Notes: generated from the sequence alone by a model not told the origin. DNA of 64,000 nucleotides from Felis catus (GCF_018350175.1 NC_058383.1:22508001-22572000); one strand, 5' to 3'. Numbered from the stretch's first letter, positions 11,497 through 25,185 are shown. Translations and numbers: made by a program.

Positions 11497-14129
11497 AGCT
11501 GAGACCATAGTCTTGTCTTGACTTTTATTCTCTGCCCTATTCTGCTTCCCTCACTTTCTTAACGAATCACACAAACAGGAATCCCTGTCTCTGGTTCTGC
11601 CTCCGGGGAACGGGGCTAAGACAGGAAACTTATGGAACAGAGAAGTGAGCAGGGCAAGGGGGAGGTACGACTGGAGGAGAGAGAGAGAGACAATGGAGAG
11701 GGTAGATGATGTCTTCAGTCGACAGGCAGATACAGGACGTGGTGTCCCCAGAGCAGGGGCAACTTCCTGCACCTCTGAGCTCAGGCTGTATGGAACCCAG
11801 CCGGGAGGTGTGGCTCAGAGCTAGGCTGAGGCCATTCTCCCCGTCTCTCCACTGAACCCCATAGTCTTCGGGCACCCCAAGGGTTGGAGGCAACTGGGGC
11901 AACACTGGCATTCCTGGACAATAATGAGGCTTCTCCTGATAGCCCCTGTCCTGCAATCATTCCTAGCGGCAACCAGTGTTGCCCCCTCCTTCACATGAAT
12001 CACCCAGAGTTGCTTAGACACATATATGTATATATACATGGGGGTGCCTCGTAAGAGAAAGGAATCTGTCTCAGAAGCCTTTCCCAGCAGACTTCCCCTT
12101 AGTTCTCATTTGCTGAGGTTTCAACACATGCTCATATAAAAACAAACAAACAACAACACAGCGACACCCCCAGGAAAGGAAACGTGTGACCTGGCCACAC
12201 ATTGGAATCACCTGGTATTTTTTTTAATGCCAGATGCCAGGGGCCCAACCTCAGGCTATTTAAATCAGAGTCCAAGGGTCTAGAGTCAGTGAAAAATTAC
12301 AGCAAATCTAAAAACTAGTGCTGGGTCATCTCCTATGGGGAGGTGGGGAGGAAGGAGGTGAGGAGCAGGAAGGAAAGGAACAAGTGGGTGGGGCCAATGA
12401 GAGGGCAGGGAGAAGAGGCCACTGTGTCTCCGGGGTTTAATCAACAATTCCCCCACACAAGCTCTGTTCCTCCTACTGGTTCATGTGAGCAATAGTTACT
12501 GCGCAGGCCAGTCCCGGACGAGAGGGTCAGAGCCGAGAACGAAACAAACACGGTCCCAGCCTTGTGCTTTTTCACTTCATGTCACGTTACTGACGTTCGG
12601 GCGTGTCGTGGCAGGTCCTTGAAATTCATGGTGTGGGCTGCTGTCGGTACTCACGGGTGTGATTATAGCACAGTTGATTCATCCGCTCTCCCCCCCGAGG
12701 GGCATCCGGATTCCGGGTCTGGAAAGCAATGCGGATACGAACCACTCTGTCCATTGTTCAGGAGTTTTTCCTGGTGCAGAAAGAGTGAAACCACTCCGTC
12801 ACAGAACATGTGAATATTTAACCCGAGGAGATACAGCCTAACTGTGTTTCAGTAGACTGTATTCCCTGCACTTCTGTGTATGATTTTATGCTTCCGTCAC
12901 CAATGTATAAGCGGCCCATATATTTATAATCCAAGTGCTCAGGATTTGTGGAATGGCATTAAATAAGTAAAGAAAAGGAGTATTAGTGTCAGGATCAGAG
13001 GAATCTCATGGAAACAGAGAGTAGGCAGCTACCTGGCTCCCTCTGGGGGCAGACCATCCTCCACCTCTGCTTTTCTCTTTCTGGGTATTCCTGTCTCCTT
13101 CTGCAGGTGAGCATCCTCTAAAAGGCTCCCGGTGCCTGTCTGCTCCCTAATTTAGACTTGCCGTTGACTGTGTGTTCCACGGCACCAGCTCTGGCCTGGA
13201 TCTCACGGTATCTCATAGTTCCAGGGCTTCCTGAACTCTCCTTCCATCAATTCAGATTTTAAGGTGAATAGATCTATTGACATCGCTGGGGTCAGGCATC
13301 CATGCCTGGTCCACTCTGAGGCCAAGGAGTCTTGGTCACTTTGAGGCAAACATGACTTCCTAGGTCCACACCTTTTGCGGGGACTCTAAGAGCTATTCCA
13401 AAGTAGGAATTACAGGTGAGGCATGCATCCCCAAAGCATTTTTCACGCCAACTTTGCTCCCCCTAAATCAGAAGAGGCCACAGCAGACATACATGGCCAC
13501 TTGGCCTCATGCAGATAAACTAGCAATTCCTCCCTTGGCACTGGAAGGCATGAAGCAAAGAATTTAGCATACTGTCTCATCCTACCGTGTAATTCTTACA
13601 TGGTAAGAGTTAAGGCAAACAGACACTCTCATCCAGGACAATAGACCACTTGTAGGCAAGAAATTGAGTTCTTAAGTCAATATGTAATTCAAAAAGCAAG
13701 TGCAGGAAAAGTTATCCATTAACCACGAAACACAGTATATGTGGCTTTGTATCTACAAACTTGCATGGTAACCAATACATCTAACTGAATAACTTATGTC
13801 AGATAATGAGATCATGAAAGAAAAATCTCTGTACACCCTTTGACAGATGCTCTACCTCATCTCCTGACAACAGAATTCAAACTATTAGTTTTCCTCATTT
13901 CTGGGTATGTAATTGGAGTCAAAACAGTTAAAACACAGGTCTGATACAAGCAGTGGGTCAAAATCTAAACACTTGTAAACATCTCCGTTCTCATGGAAAG
14001 CTCAAGAAAACTACATAAGCCAGGCGGTTTGCATGTTTCAGGCCTTGAGATACTAGGTAATGATGTTATGAAATCCTCACAATTAGCAAGACTTTTAAAA
14101 ACTAAGCATCCAATTGAACTGTAGTCTTA

Positions 14130-14833
14130 TGAAGACAAATGCCACTTAAAACTACACGCAGATACCATTTTTTATTTTTGAGATTGGAAAAAATCCAAAC
14201 GTTGGGTAAACACTGTGGAGACTGTAGAGAAATAGGCATACTCATCCATTACGAGAGGGTGTGTTAATTGGCCTAACCCCTGCAGAGGTCACACAGGCAC
14301 CATCTATCAACATTATAAATGTGTATACCCTGGCCCAGCAGTTCATCTCCTAAGAATTCATGTTACAGAGACACTTGGGCGCTTGTAAAATGGCATGGAG
14401 GTAAGGTTATTTGATGCAGCGTTTTTTTCCAGCAAAACCCTGGAAACCACCCAAGTGTCCATCGGGTTAAATAAAGTACCAAGCCATGAAACACAGTGAA
14501 GCTATAAAAAAAAATTTTAAATTAAAAAAAGGAACACTTCCTACAAAGTGATATGGACAGGTTGCCAAGATATATCAAATGAAAAAAGTGAAGCACAGTA
14601 CAGTGTGTATCAGTGTGAAAAAACATGCTATCTTTTCTGTAAGAAGTTGAGAGAACACAAAAAAATATGTACAGATATGTATTCATATTTGCATAAATAC
14701 ACCTTGAAGATACCTAAGAAACCAATAGAAGTAGTTGCCTGGAAGGTGGGAGGGCACAGTACAACTTGGGTGGGTGGGTCACAGCAGGTGAAGGGGAAAT
14801 TTCACTTTATACTTTTTCATCTGGTTAGGTTTT
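14130..14833 (+). mobile_element. Ancient L1ME-like 3' fragment (continues at 21635-21670)
   Basis: Degenerate L1 3' motifs, interrupted by the nested SINE/L1 block. Confidence 0.55.
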
Positions 14834-14854
14834 GGGTTTTTTTTTTAAATAGTG

Positions 14855-15069
14855 TATTTATTTATTTTTAAAGTTTATTTATTTATTTTGAGAGAGAAAG
14901 AAAACACAAGCAGGTGAGTGGCAGAGAGAGAGGGAGAAAGAACCCCAAGCAGACCCCACACTGTCAGCATGGAGCCTGACACAGGGCTCAGACCCATGGA
15001 CGACGAGATCATAACCTGAGCTGAAACCAAGAGTTAGACTCTTAACTGACTGAGCCACTCAGGCGCCTC
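14855..15069 (-). mobile_element. Carnivore SINE adjacent to the L1 tail
   Basis: gagagagagggag...ctgagccactcaggcgcc. Confidence 0.85.
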
Positions 15070-15088
15070 TAATTTTATTGACTCTTTT

Positions 15089-18000
15089 TTACTTATTTAT
15101 TTTTGTTTTTAAATTTACATTCAAGTTAGTTAGCATATAATGCACAATGATTTCAGGAGTAGATTCCTTAATGCCCCTTACCCATTTACCCAATCCCCCA
15201 CCACAACCTCTCCAGCAACCCTCTGTTTATCCTCTATATTTACGAGCCTCTTATGTTTTGTCTCTTTCCTGTTTTTATATTATTTTGGCTTCCCTTCCCT
15301 TATGTTAATCTATTCTGTGTCTTAAATCCCTCATATGAGTGAAGTCATATGATGTTTGTCTTTCTCTGACTAATTCCACTTAGCATAATACCCTCTAGTT
15401 CCATTCATGTAGTTCCAAATGGCAACCTTTCTTTCTTTTTGATTGCCAAGCAATACTCCATTGTATATATATACCACATCTTCTTTATCCATTCATCCAT
15501 CAATGGACATTTGGGCTCTTTCCATACTTGGGCTATTGTTGATAGTGCTGCTATAAACATTGGATGCATGTGCCCTTTCGAAACAGCACACCTGTATCCC
15601 ATGGATAAATGCCTAGTAGTGCCATTGCTGGGTCGTAAAGTAGTTCTATTTTTAATTTTTTCAGAAACCTCCATACTATTTTTCCAGAGTGGCTGCACCA
15701 GTTTGCATTCTCAATAGCAGTGCAAAAGATCCACTTTCTCTGCAACCTTGCCAAATCTGTTGTTGCCTGAATTGTTTGTGTTAACCATTGTGACAGGTGT
15801 GAGGTGGTATCCCATTGTGGTTTTGATTTGTATTTCCCAGATGATGAGTGATGTCAAGCATTTTTTCATGTGTCTATTGGCCATCTGGATGCTCAGACAT
15901 GTTCAGTAAGAAGTTTCTGTGGCCAAGACCAAAGAGGTTTTTGCCTGCTTTCTCCTCTAGGATTTTGATGGCTTCCTGTCTTACATTTAGGTTTTTCATC
16001 CATGTTGAGTTTATTTTGGTGTCTAGTGTAAGAAACTGGTCCAGATTCATTTCTGCATGTCACCCTCCAGTTTTCCCAGCACCACTTGCTGAAGAGACTG
16101 TCTTTATTCCACTAGATATTCTTTCCTGCTTTGTCAAAGATTAGTTGGCCATCTGTTTGTGGGTCCATTTCTGGGTTCTCTATTCTGTTCCATTGATCTG
16201 AGCGTCTGTTCTTGTGCCAGTACCATACTGTCCTGATGATTACAGCTTTGTAGTACAGCTTGAAGTCCGGGATTGCGATGCCTCCTGCTTTGGTTTTCTT
16301 TTTCAAGATTACTTTGGCTATTCGGGGTCTTTTCTGGTTCCATACAAATTGTAGGATTGTTTGTTCTAGCTCTGTGAAGAATTTTGCTGCTATTTTGATA
16401 GGGATTGCATTGAATATGTAGATTGCTTTGGGTAGTATTGACATTTTAACAATATTTGTTCTTCCTATCCAGGAGCATGGAATCTTTTTCCATTTTTTTG
16501 TGTCTTCTTCAATTTCTTTCATAAGCTTTCTATAGTTTTCAGTGTATAGATTTTTCACCTCTTCGGTTAGATGTCTTCCTAGGTATTTTATGGTTTTTGG
16601 TGCAACTGTAAATGGGATCGATTCCTTGATTTCTTTCTGTTGCTTCATTGTTGGTGTATAGGAATGCAACCGATTTCTGTGCATTGATTTCATATCCTGC
16701 GACTTTGCTGAATTCATGAATCAGTTCTAGCAGGTTTTGTTGGTGGAATCTTTTGGGTTTTCCATATAGAGTATCATGTCATCTGCAAAGAGTGAAAGTT
16801 TGACCTCCTCCTGGCCAATGTGGATGCCTTTTATTTCTTTGTGTTGTCTGATTGCTGAGGCTAAGACTTCCAATACTATGTTGAATAACAGTGGCGAGAG
16901 TGGATATCCCTGTCTTGTTCCTGACCTTAGGGGGAAAGCTCTCAGTTTTTCCCCAATGAGGATGATATTAGTGTTGGGTCTTTCATACATGGCTTTTATG
17001 ATCTCAAGGTATCATCCTTCTATCCATACTTTCTTGAGGGTTTTATCAAGAAAGGATGCTGTATTTTGTCAAATGCTTTCTCTGCGTCTATTGAGAGGAT
17101 CATATGGCTCTTGTCCTTTCTTTTACTGATGTGATGAATCACGTTAATTGTTTCTCAGATATTGAACCAGCCCTGCATCCCAGGTATAAATCCCACTTGG
17201 TTGTAGTGAATATTTTTTTTAATGTATTGTTGGATCCGGTTGGCTAATATCTTATTGAGGATTTTTGCATCCATGTTCATCAGGGAAATTGGTCTATACT
17301 TCTCCTTTTTAGTGGGGTCAATGTCTGGTTTTGGAATCAAGGTAATGCTGGCTTCATAAAAAGAGTTTGGAAGTTTTCCTTCTATTTCTATGTTTTGGAA
17401 CAGCTTCAAGAGAATAGGTGTTAACTCTTCTTTAAATGTTTGGTAGAATTACCCTGGAAAGCCCTGGACTCTTGTTTTTTGGGAGTTTTTTAGTTACTAA
17501 TTTGATTTCTATACTGGTTATGGGTCTGTTCACATTTTCTATTTCTTCCTGCTTCAGTTTTGGTAGTGTATATGTTTCTAGGAATTTGTCCATTTTTCCC
17601 AGATTGCCCATTTTATTGGCATATATTTGCTCATAATACTCTCTTATTATTGTTTTTGTTTCTAGTGTGTTGGTTGCGATCTCTCCTGTTTCATTCTTGA
17701 TTTTATTTATTTGGGTCCTTTCCTTTTTCTTTTTGATCCAATTGGCTAGTGGCTTATCAATTTTGTTAATTCTTTCAAAGAACCAGCTTCTGGTTTCGTT
17801 GATCTGTACTCCTGGGGTTTTTTTGTTGTTGTTGTTTCAATAGCATTAATTTCTACTCTAATCTCTATTATTTCCTGTATTCTGCTGGTTTGGGGTTTTA
17901 TTTACTGTTCTTTTTCCAGCTCTTTAAGGTGTAAGGTTAGGTTGTGTATCTGAAATCTCTCTTCCGTCTTTAGGAAGGCCTGGATTGCCATATACTTTCC

Positions 18001-21000
18001 TCTTATGACCGCCTTTGCTGTGTCCCAGAGGTTTTGGGTTGTGGTGTTATCATTTTCATTGGTTTCCATGTACTGTTTAATTTCCTCTTTAACTGCTTGG
18101 TTAGACCATTCATTCTTTAGTAGGATGTTCTTTAGTCTCTGTTACCTTTCCAAATTTTTTCTTGTGGTTGATTTCAAGTTTCATAGTGTTGTGGCCTGAA
18201 AATATGCACGGTATGATCTCGATCTTTTTGTACTTGTTGAGGGGTGATTTGTGTCCCAGTATGTGGTCTATTCTGGAGAACGTTCCATGTGCATTGGAGA
18301 AGAATATATATTCCGCTGCTTTTGGATGATCTGTTAAGTCCACCTGGTCCAGTGTGTCATTCAAAGCCATTGTTTCCTTGTTGATTTTCTGATTAGATGA
18401 TCTGTCCATTGCTGTAAGTGGGGTATTGAAGTCCCCCACTACTCTGGTATTATTATCAATTAGTTTCTTTATGTTGTGATTAATCAATTTATATATTTGG
18501 GTGCTCTCACATTTGACGCATAAATGTTTACAGTTGTTAGGTCTTCTTGGTGGATAGACCCCTTGATTATGATATAATGCCCTTCTGCATCTCTTGATAC
18601 AGTCTTTATTTTAAAGTCTAGATTGTCTGATATAATTATGGATACTCTGGCTCTCTTTTGTTGACCATTAGCCTGATAGATGGTTCTCCATCCCCTTCCT
18701 TTCAAACTGAAGTTGTCTTTAGGTTTAAGATGGGTCTCTTGTAAACAGCACATAGATGGACCTTGTTTTCTTATCATTCTGTTGCCCTATGTCTTTTGAT
18801 TGGAGCATTGAATCCATTGACATTTCAAGTAAGTACTGAAAGATATGAATTTATTGCCATTATGTTGCTTGTAGACTTGGAGTTTCTGGTGCTGTTCTCT
18901 GGGCCTTTCTAGTCTTTGTTGCTTTAGGTCTTTATTTGTTTTTTTCATCTTTTCTCCCCTCAGAGAGTCCCCCTTAAAATTTCTTGCAAGACTGGTTTAG
19001 TGGTCACAAACTCCTTTCATTTTTTTGGGAAACTTTTTATGTCTCCTTCTCTTTTGAGTGACAGCCTTGCTGGATAAAGAATTCTTGGCTGCATTCAGCA
19101 CATTGAATATATCCTGCCACTCCTTTCTGGCCTGCCAAGTTTCTGTGAAGAGGTCTGCTGCAAACCTGATCTGTCTTCCCTTGTTGGTTAAGGACTTTTT
19201 TTCCCTCACTGCTTTCATGATTCTTGCCTTGTCTGAGTATTTTGTGAATTTGACCATGATATGCCTTGTTGATGGTCGGCTTTTGCTGAATCTAATGGGG
19301 GTCCTCTGTGCTTCCTGGACTTTGATGTCTGTGTCCTTCCCCAGGTTAGGAAAGTTCTCTGCTATGATTTGCTCACATAGCCCTCTACCCCTTTTTCTCT
19401 CTCTTCATCTTCTGGGACCCCTATGATTCTGATGCTGTTCCTTTTTAATGAGTCACTGATTTATCTAATTCTTAAATTGTGCTGTTTTGCCTTAGTCTCC
19501 CTATTTTTTCTGCTTCATTATTCTCTGTAAGTTTGTCCTCTGTATCACTGATTCTCTGCTCTGCCTCACCCATCCTAGCTGCCATGGCATCCATTCGAGA
19601 TTGTAGCTCCGTTATAACATTTTGTATTTCATCCTGACTAGCTTTTGTTTCTTTTATCTCCGCAGGAAGGGATTCTAATCTATTTTTGACTACAACTGTA
19701 TTCTTATTATCATGATTCTAAATTCTGGTTTAGACATATTGCTTGCATCTGTGTTGGTCAAGTCCCTGGCTGTCTTTTCTTCCTGATCTTCCTTTTGGAT
19801 GAATTCCTTAATTCATCATTTTCAAGTGAGAAAAGGAATTAATGAGGTAAAAAAATTAAAATTAAAAAATGTATTAAAATTTAAAAATTAAAAACAAACA
19901 CACACACAAAAAATCAAATAAATGATGCTAGATCCTAGATGTGTTTTGGTCTGGGTGTTGAAAGGGGCTTGATAGATTAGAGAAAAAAGGGGAAAGAAGA
20001 AAAAAAAGGAAATTGTTTGAAAATTTGAGTAAATGAATACACTGAAATAGAATAAAATGAAATGATGGAAGTAAAATAGGATTTGAAAAAAATTTACACA
20101 TGCATAAAAAATATAGTAGAAAAAAATTAAAGAAAAATATTTGGAATAAATATTGAAAGTAAAAATATTTTTTTTCTGTATTCAAGAAAAAGAAATGAAA
20201 AAGAGAAAAAGGAAAAAAAGAAAATTTAATAGATGGACCAGCAGAGTGAAATACGATTGAAGTAACTTCATTTTCCCTAGAAGTCAAACTGTGAATCACT
20301 CTACAGTCCATAAACTAAGCAGGCGGAGAGACTTGTGTTCCTGAAGAGCGAGGTTGGCCCAGTTGGCGGGGCTTAGTGTAATGGCTCTGTTCTGCCCTAG
20401 ATGGCGCTGCTTAGCTTACTGGGGTGGATGGTTGGAGCACCTGTAGGTGCATATGCGCATGTGCAGGAGCAGTGAAAATGGCGTCACCCAGCCACCCAGT
20501 CTCCAGTGTCAGAACTCTGTTCTCCCTGATCAGCAATCGCACACCCGTCCTTTGTTTTCGGCTTCCCACTCCCGGTTTTATACCGTCTGTGACCAAGCCC
20601 CAGGCAGAATCTCCCTCCTGAGTTTTATCTCAGATGCAACTGTGTTTCCCGACCCCTCACTTCTGAGGAACTGTGGCTTTGACCCGTTCTGCCCCTCTGT
20701 GGAGGGTCTCACACAGCAATGGCCAGGTGCCAGCTGCACCCAGGAACGTTTACAGGAAGGCGTGCTGCTGCCGAGGCCCAGAGACTGCGGCCGGGTGCCA
20801 GCCCGCCCCAGAGAAAGTTCACGCAATCCTGTAGCAGCAGCGGTTTAGGAATTATGGAAAATCACAACACGCGTCTGGCACCAGGCTTCGTCCTCAACAT
20901 CCTAGTTCCAGCACCAGCGAATGTGGTTGTTCTCCAGGGTCTGCTGGGGCCTTGCCTTTGGGGGACCCACACAGCCTCTACCAGGTGTCCTCTCAGCAGG

Positions 21001-21510
21001 GGAACCGCTTCTCCCCATGTGGCCCAAAGACCCCCGGACTCTACTCTGCCCCTGGGGATTCACCCTTCCCACCAGAGCACCACCAGGTATCGATCTGAGG
21101 AGTTTCAGACTCTGCACTCCCCTGTTTATAGAGTCTTAATGGAACTTAAACCCTCTCCTTTCTCCTTTCTCCCTTTTTAGTTCAGTCCCTGCAGCTGTTT
21201 CCACTTTTCTACTTTCTCTCCAGCTGCTTTGGGTGGGGGTGCTTTTCCCACACTCTCCCCCCACCCTCCATCTCCATCCTCTCTCTGCATGTTAAAACAG
21301 CTCCCTGTTTTCTGAGGCTTCTCTCTCCCCCAGTTCACCTTACAGCACTGCGTACCTGCTGAGTTTGGTGGTTCAGGTTGTGTAGATTGTTGTGTTAATC
21401 CTCAGATCAGTTTTCTAGGTGTGCAGGATGGTTTAGTGTTGATCTGGCTATATTCCATGGATGCAAGATGCAAAAAAACTTCCATGCTGTTCTGCCATCT
21501 TGTCTCCTCC
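15089..21510 (-). mobile_element. Full-length but decayed LINE-1 (carnivore L1), ~6.4 kb
   Basis: 5' end GGAGGAGACAAGATGGC at 21510. ORF1 remnant ~19000-19800 (ARKEWQDIFNVL). ORF2 fragments cover the endonuclease (CCLQETHL, VGDFNTPL, SRIDHILG), RT ([29 protein letters not shown]) and C-terminus, broken by stops and frameshifts. A-rich tail ~15089-15110. Degenerate TSD 15073-15088 / 21511-21526. Confidence 0.93.
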
Positions 21511-21526
21511 TTTTATTTATTCTTTT

Positions 21527-21617
21527 CAAGTAATCTCTATACGCAATGTGGAGCTTGAACTCATAACTCCAGGATCCGGAGTCACACACTCCACCAACTG
21601 AGCCAGCCAGGCACCCC
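21527..21617 (-). mobile_element. Short older carnivore SINE body (host of the L1 insertion)
   Basis: aagtaatctctatac...gagccagccaggcacccc followed by a 17-bp TSD. Confidence 0.8.
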
Positions 21618-21779
21618 TCATCTGGTTAGGTTTTAGACCATGTGAATTTATTCCCTATTCAAAAGTTGAATTATAATAATTGTTTAGTTCAGTGTAAAAG
21701 AAAATAAAGTCTAACATCCAGAATATAAAGCCAAAGCCCTGCAGTCTGAGAGTAGAAAGCATATTAACAAAATCTGATT

Positions 21780-23660
21780 TTATTTTTTATTTATTTTTTT
21801 ATTTTTTTAAAATATTTTTTAACGTTTATTTATTTTTGGGACAGAGAGAGACAGAGTATGAACGGGGGAGGGGCAGAGAGAGAGGGAGACACAGAATCGG
21901 AAGCAGGCTCCAGGCTCTGAGCCATCAGCCCAGAGCCCGACGCAGGGCTCGAACTCATGGACCGCGAGATCGTGACCTGAGCTGAAGTCAGACGCCCAAC
22001 CGACTGAGCCACTCAGGCACCCCCAAAATCTGATTTTAAAAGTATATGTCAACCCTAATGCTTTTCATCCATGACTATCTATGGGTATCATATCAAAATA
22101 ATTATGCTGAGTAAAAGGAGCCAGACTCCCCTCCCCCAAAAAAGGTACATCTCATCTGATGCCACTTTCATAAAACTCCACAAAATGCAAGCTAATCTAT
22201 AGTGACAGAAAGCAGCTCGGTGGTTGGTGGGGGTGGGGTTGGGGCAGGAAGTGTGGGAAGAAGCAATTACAAAGGGGTACTAGGAAGCTTTTGTGCATGC
22301 TGGATATGTTCACTATCTTGATTGCATGATGGTTTTATAGGCGTAAACGCATGTCAAAATGTATTAAATTGTGTACTTTTTTAATACGTGCAGTTCATGG
22401 TTGATCACACCTCAACAACGCATTTTTTAAAGTTAATGTCACCATTTCCTCTATTTTTTAAATGATTTTTTAACCTTTATTTATTTTTGAGAGACAGCAT
22501 GAGCAGGGGAGGGGCAGAGAGAGAGAGAGAGGGAGACAGAATCTAAAGCAGGCTCCAGGCTCTGAGCTGTCAGCACAGAGCCCAACACAGGGCTGGAACC
22601 CACAAACCTGGGAGATCATAACCTGATCTCCCGAAATTAGGCGCTTAACCGACTGAGCCATCCAGGTGCCCCTCCTCAGTTGTTTTTTTTTGTTTTGTTT
22701 TGTTTTGTTTTTAATGTTATTTAGTTTTGAGAGAGAAGGAGAGAGAGACATAAGTGGGGAAGAGGGAGAGAGAGAGGGACACAAAGGGTCCCAAGCAGGC
22801 TCTGCACTGACAGCAGAGAACCCAAGGTGGGGTGCAAACCCACAAACTGCGAGATCATGATCTGAGCCAGATTCAGACGCTTGACCAACTGAGCCACCCA
22901 GGTGCCCCACTATCTCCTCAATTTTTAATTTCAATTTGTTATAGTTTTTAACAAATATATCTATTATTCAGGACGGGAATTATGTATGTAATTTATCAAT
23001 AGTTCTACATACAGTTGAGGGTGAGTGTTCAAAAACTTTCTGGCTGAGAGAGGCGTGTAATCACAAGTGAATGGGAAAGATTGGTTGAAGCCAGTACAAT
23101 GCCACATATTTAACTGCTGCACTCTGCTGCCCCCTGCTGTAAGTAGGTTTTATAGCCACCCTTACCTTCATGCTCAGGATTTTCTTTTTTCTTTTTTTTT
23201 TTTTTTTTTACGTTTATTTATTTATTTATTTTGAGAGAGAGAGAGAGCGCGCGCGCGTGCGTGAGCGAGCGGGGGCGGGACAGAGAGAGAGGGAGAGAGA
23301 ACCCCAAGCAGGCTCCACGCTGTCAGTACAGAGCCCAATGCGGGACTCGAACTCACAAACTGTGAGATCAAGACCTGAGCAGAAACCAAGAGTGGGTCAC
23401 TTAACTGACTGAGCCACACAGGCGCCCCTCAAGCTCCAGATTTTTTTTTAATTTTTTTTCAACGTTTTTATTTATTTTTGGGACAGAGACAGAGCATGAA
23501 CGGGGGAGGGGCAGAGAGAGAGGGAGACACAGAATCGGAAACAGGCTCCAGGCTCCGAGCCATCAGCCCAGAGCCCGACGCGGGGCTCGAAGTCACGGAC
23601 TGCGAGATCGTGACCTGGCTGAAGTCGGACGCTTAACCGACTGCACCACCCAGGCGCCCC
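21780..23660 (-). mobile_element. Cluster of five minus-strand SINEs (21780-22024, 22466-22672, 22683-22908, 23180-23428, 23445-23660) around an L1M relic
   Basis: Each ends ...ccaggcgcccc or ...ggtgcccc; TSDs include caaaatctgatttta and tcaagctccagatttt (23429-23444 / 23661-23676). Confidence 0.88.
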
Positions 23661-23743
23661 TCAAGCTCCAGATTTTAATGATGAGGAAGGATGACTCCAG
23701 AGGCAAATGACTGGAATCCATCTAAAAACAAACTCTTCTAAAC

Positions 23744-23759
23744 CACACACGTGCACACA

Positions 23760-23794
<35 letters not shown>

Positions 23795-23931
23795 TACCCA
23801 TACATACACATACATGCATGCATATACCAGACACTCACACGTGCGCACACACTTAAACACACTCAAATACACACACACCCATATACACACTCACATGCAT
23901 ACACACACACACACACACACACGTACACACC
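23744..23931. repeat. Long imperfect (CA)n/(CATA) microsatellite
   Basis: ~190 bp of alternating CA/TA/CG. Confidence 0.9.
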
Positions 23932-24504
23932 AGGAAGCAGCTCCAGATCTTTTTACCACTACACCCGCCTCAACGGAGACCAGAAGAACCATTCAAAGCC
24001 ACCAATGAGAAAAAAACAAAGGCAAAGTGATGAGGCCAAAGCTGGAACTTCAAAACCTTTTCACGGGGAAGATGTGGGTGGAAAGGGGTCTTGGACTCCC
24101 CTACAGGCTGGCATTCCCCTTCATCCTTTCTCACGGTAATGGAAACACTTAAAACCAAGCCTCTTGCCATCCATCCAGTGGACATGAACACTTAACTATA
24201 AGAACTATCGTGGACGTGGTCCAAGAACTACTTACCAGTGAGCTCTAAGAGAAGCCCACACTCAGGTAAGGACCTGACAGGTGCCTCTTCACAGTCGTTT
24301 CCAAAGGCTTCCAAGATGGGTGAGCCCATGGCTTCCATCTAGGTTTGGTTTGGGGGGAAATTAACTTTTCTTTTCCAATGTTCTTATATTTTATGAAGAA
24401 AATGAAACCAAACTACTATATGTGAGACCCATCACTCTTTTACCATAAAGGCACACAGATCCATAGGTCGACTTCTCTGCTTGTTTTTAACCTTTACAGA
24501 AATA

Positions 24505-25185
24505 TAACCAGCCGGGTCCTGGTAAACTTTTGACAACCAGCTTTCCAAATGCGGTTCTGAAGTGCACATTGGTTGATATTTTTAATTTACCTTAACAACA
24601 GGGAAGTGAAAAATAACACAGTAAAGACGTATTTTGGAACTTCACTCGTTCTTCCATGATGTGAACACTGTCTTTGCCAAACCAGATCACAGGTTTCCAA
24701 GACTGGAAGAATGTCTCCCTGACTTCTTTTATAGCATTCCCAGACACAAAGCACTTTTAAATGTAATCTGCATTATTAGCATTCCCTTCACTTTCTTCAA
24801 GCTAGGCAATCAACAACACGATAAATCAAGCCCCACTTTGCAGCATCTGCTGGCTCCCATGGTGTAAATTCTGCCACTACGACCGATTTCAAGCTGCTGA
24901 TGTCATGTCACCCAGGGTGCAGGAGCAACCATTACATCGGACTTGCATCATGCAGAGACCATGGATGTGAATCATTGCAAGAGCAGAGAGAAGTGATTAA
25001 AGTCACTTCCTAAAATCATTAGGAAGTGATGAGTTTTGAGTCTTTATTACATCTGCCTTAAATGTAATGTATTTAATTGTGGGTTTATGTAATTCAATTT
25101 TTGACGATGGTCGTGATGAACTGGCGCTCACAAAATTCTGGGAAATGTAACAATGGGCTCTCGTGAACCACTCCAGCACACCGAT
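24505..25185. mobile_element. MER63-like hAT DNA transposon relic (a shorter related copy at ~2385-2590)
   Basis: taggaagtgatgagttttgag and gctctcgtgaaccactccagcacacc termini; gatttcaagct motif. Confidence 0.55.

Noticed and set aside
15405..19426. RT/endonuclease-like ORFs suggesting a novel reverse transcriptase system
   Set aside because: Frameshifted fragments of ordinary L1 ORF1/ORF2 with stops and an internal deletion near 15895; not functional
23751..24008. His/Thr-rich ORF
   Set aside because: Translation of a (CA)n microsatellite
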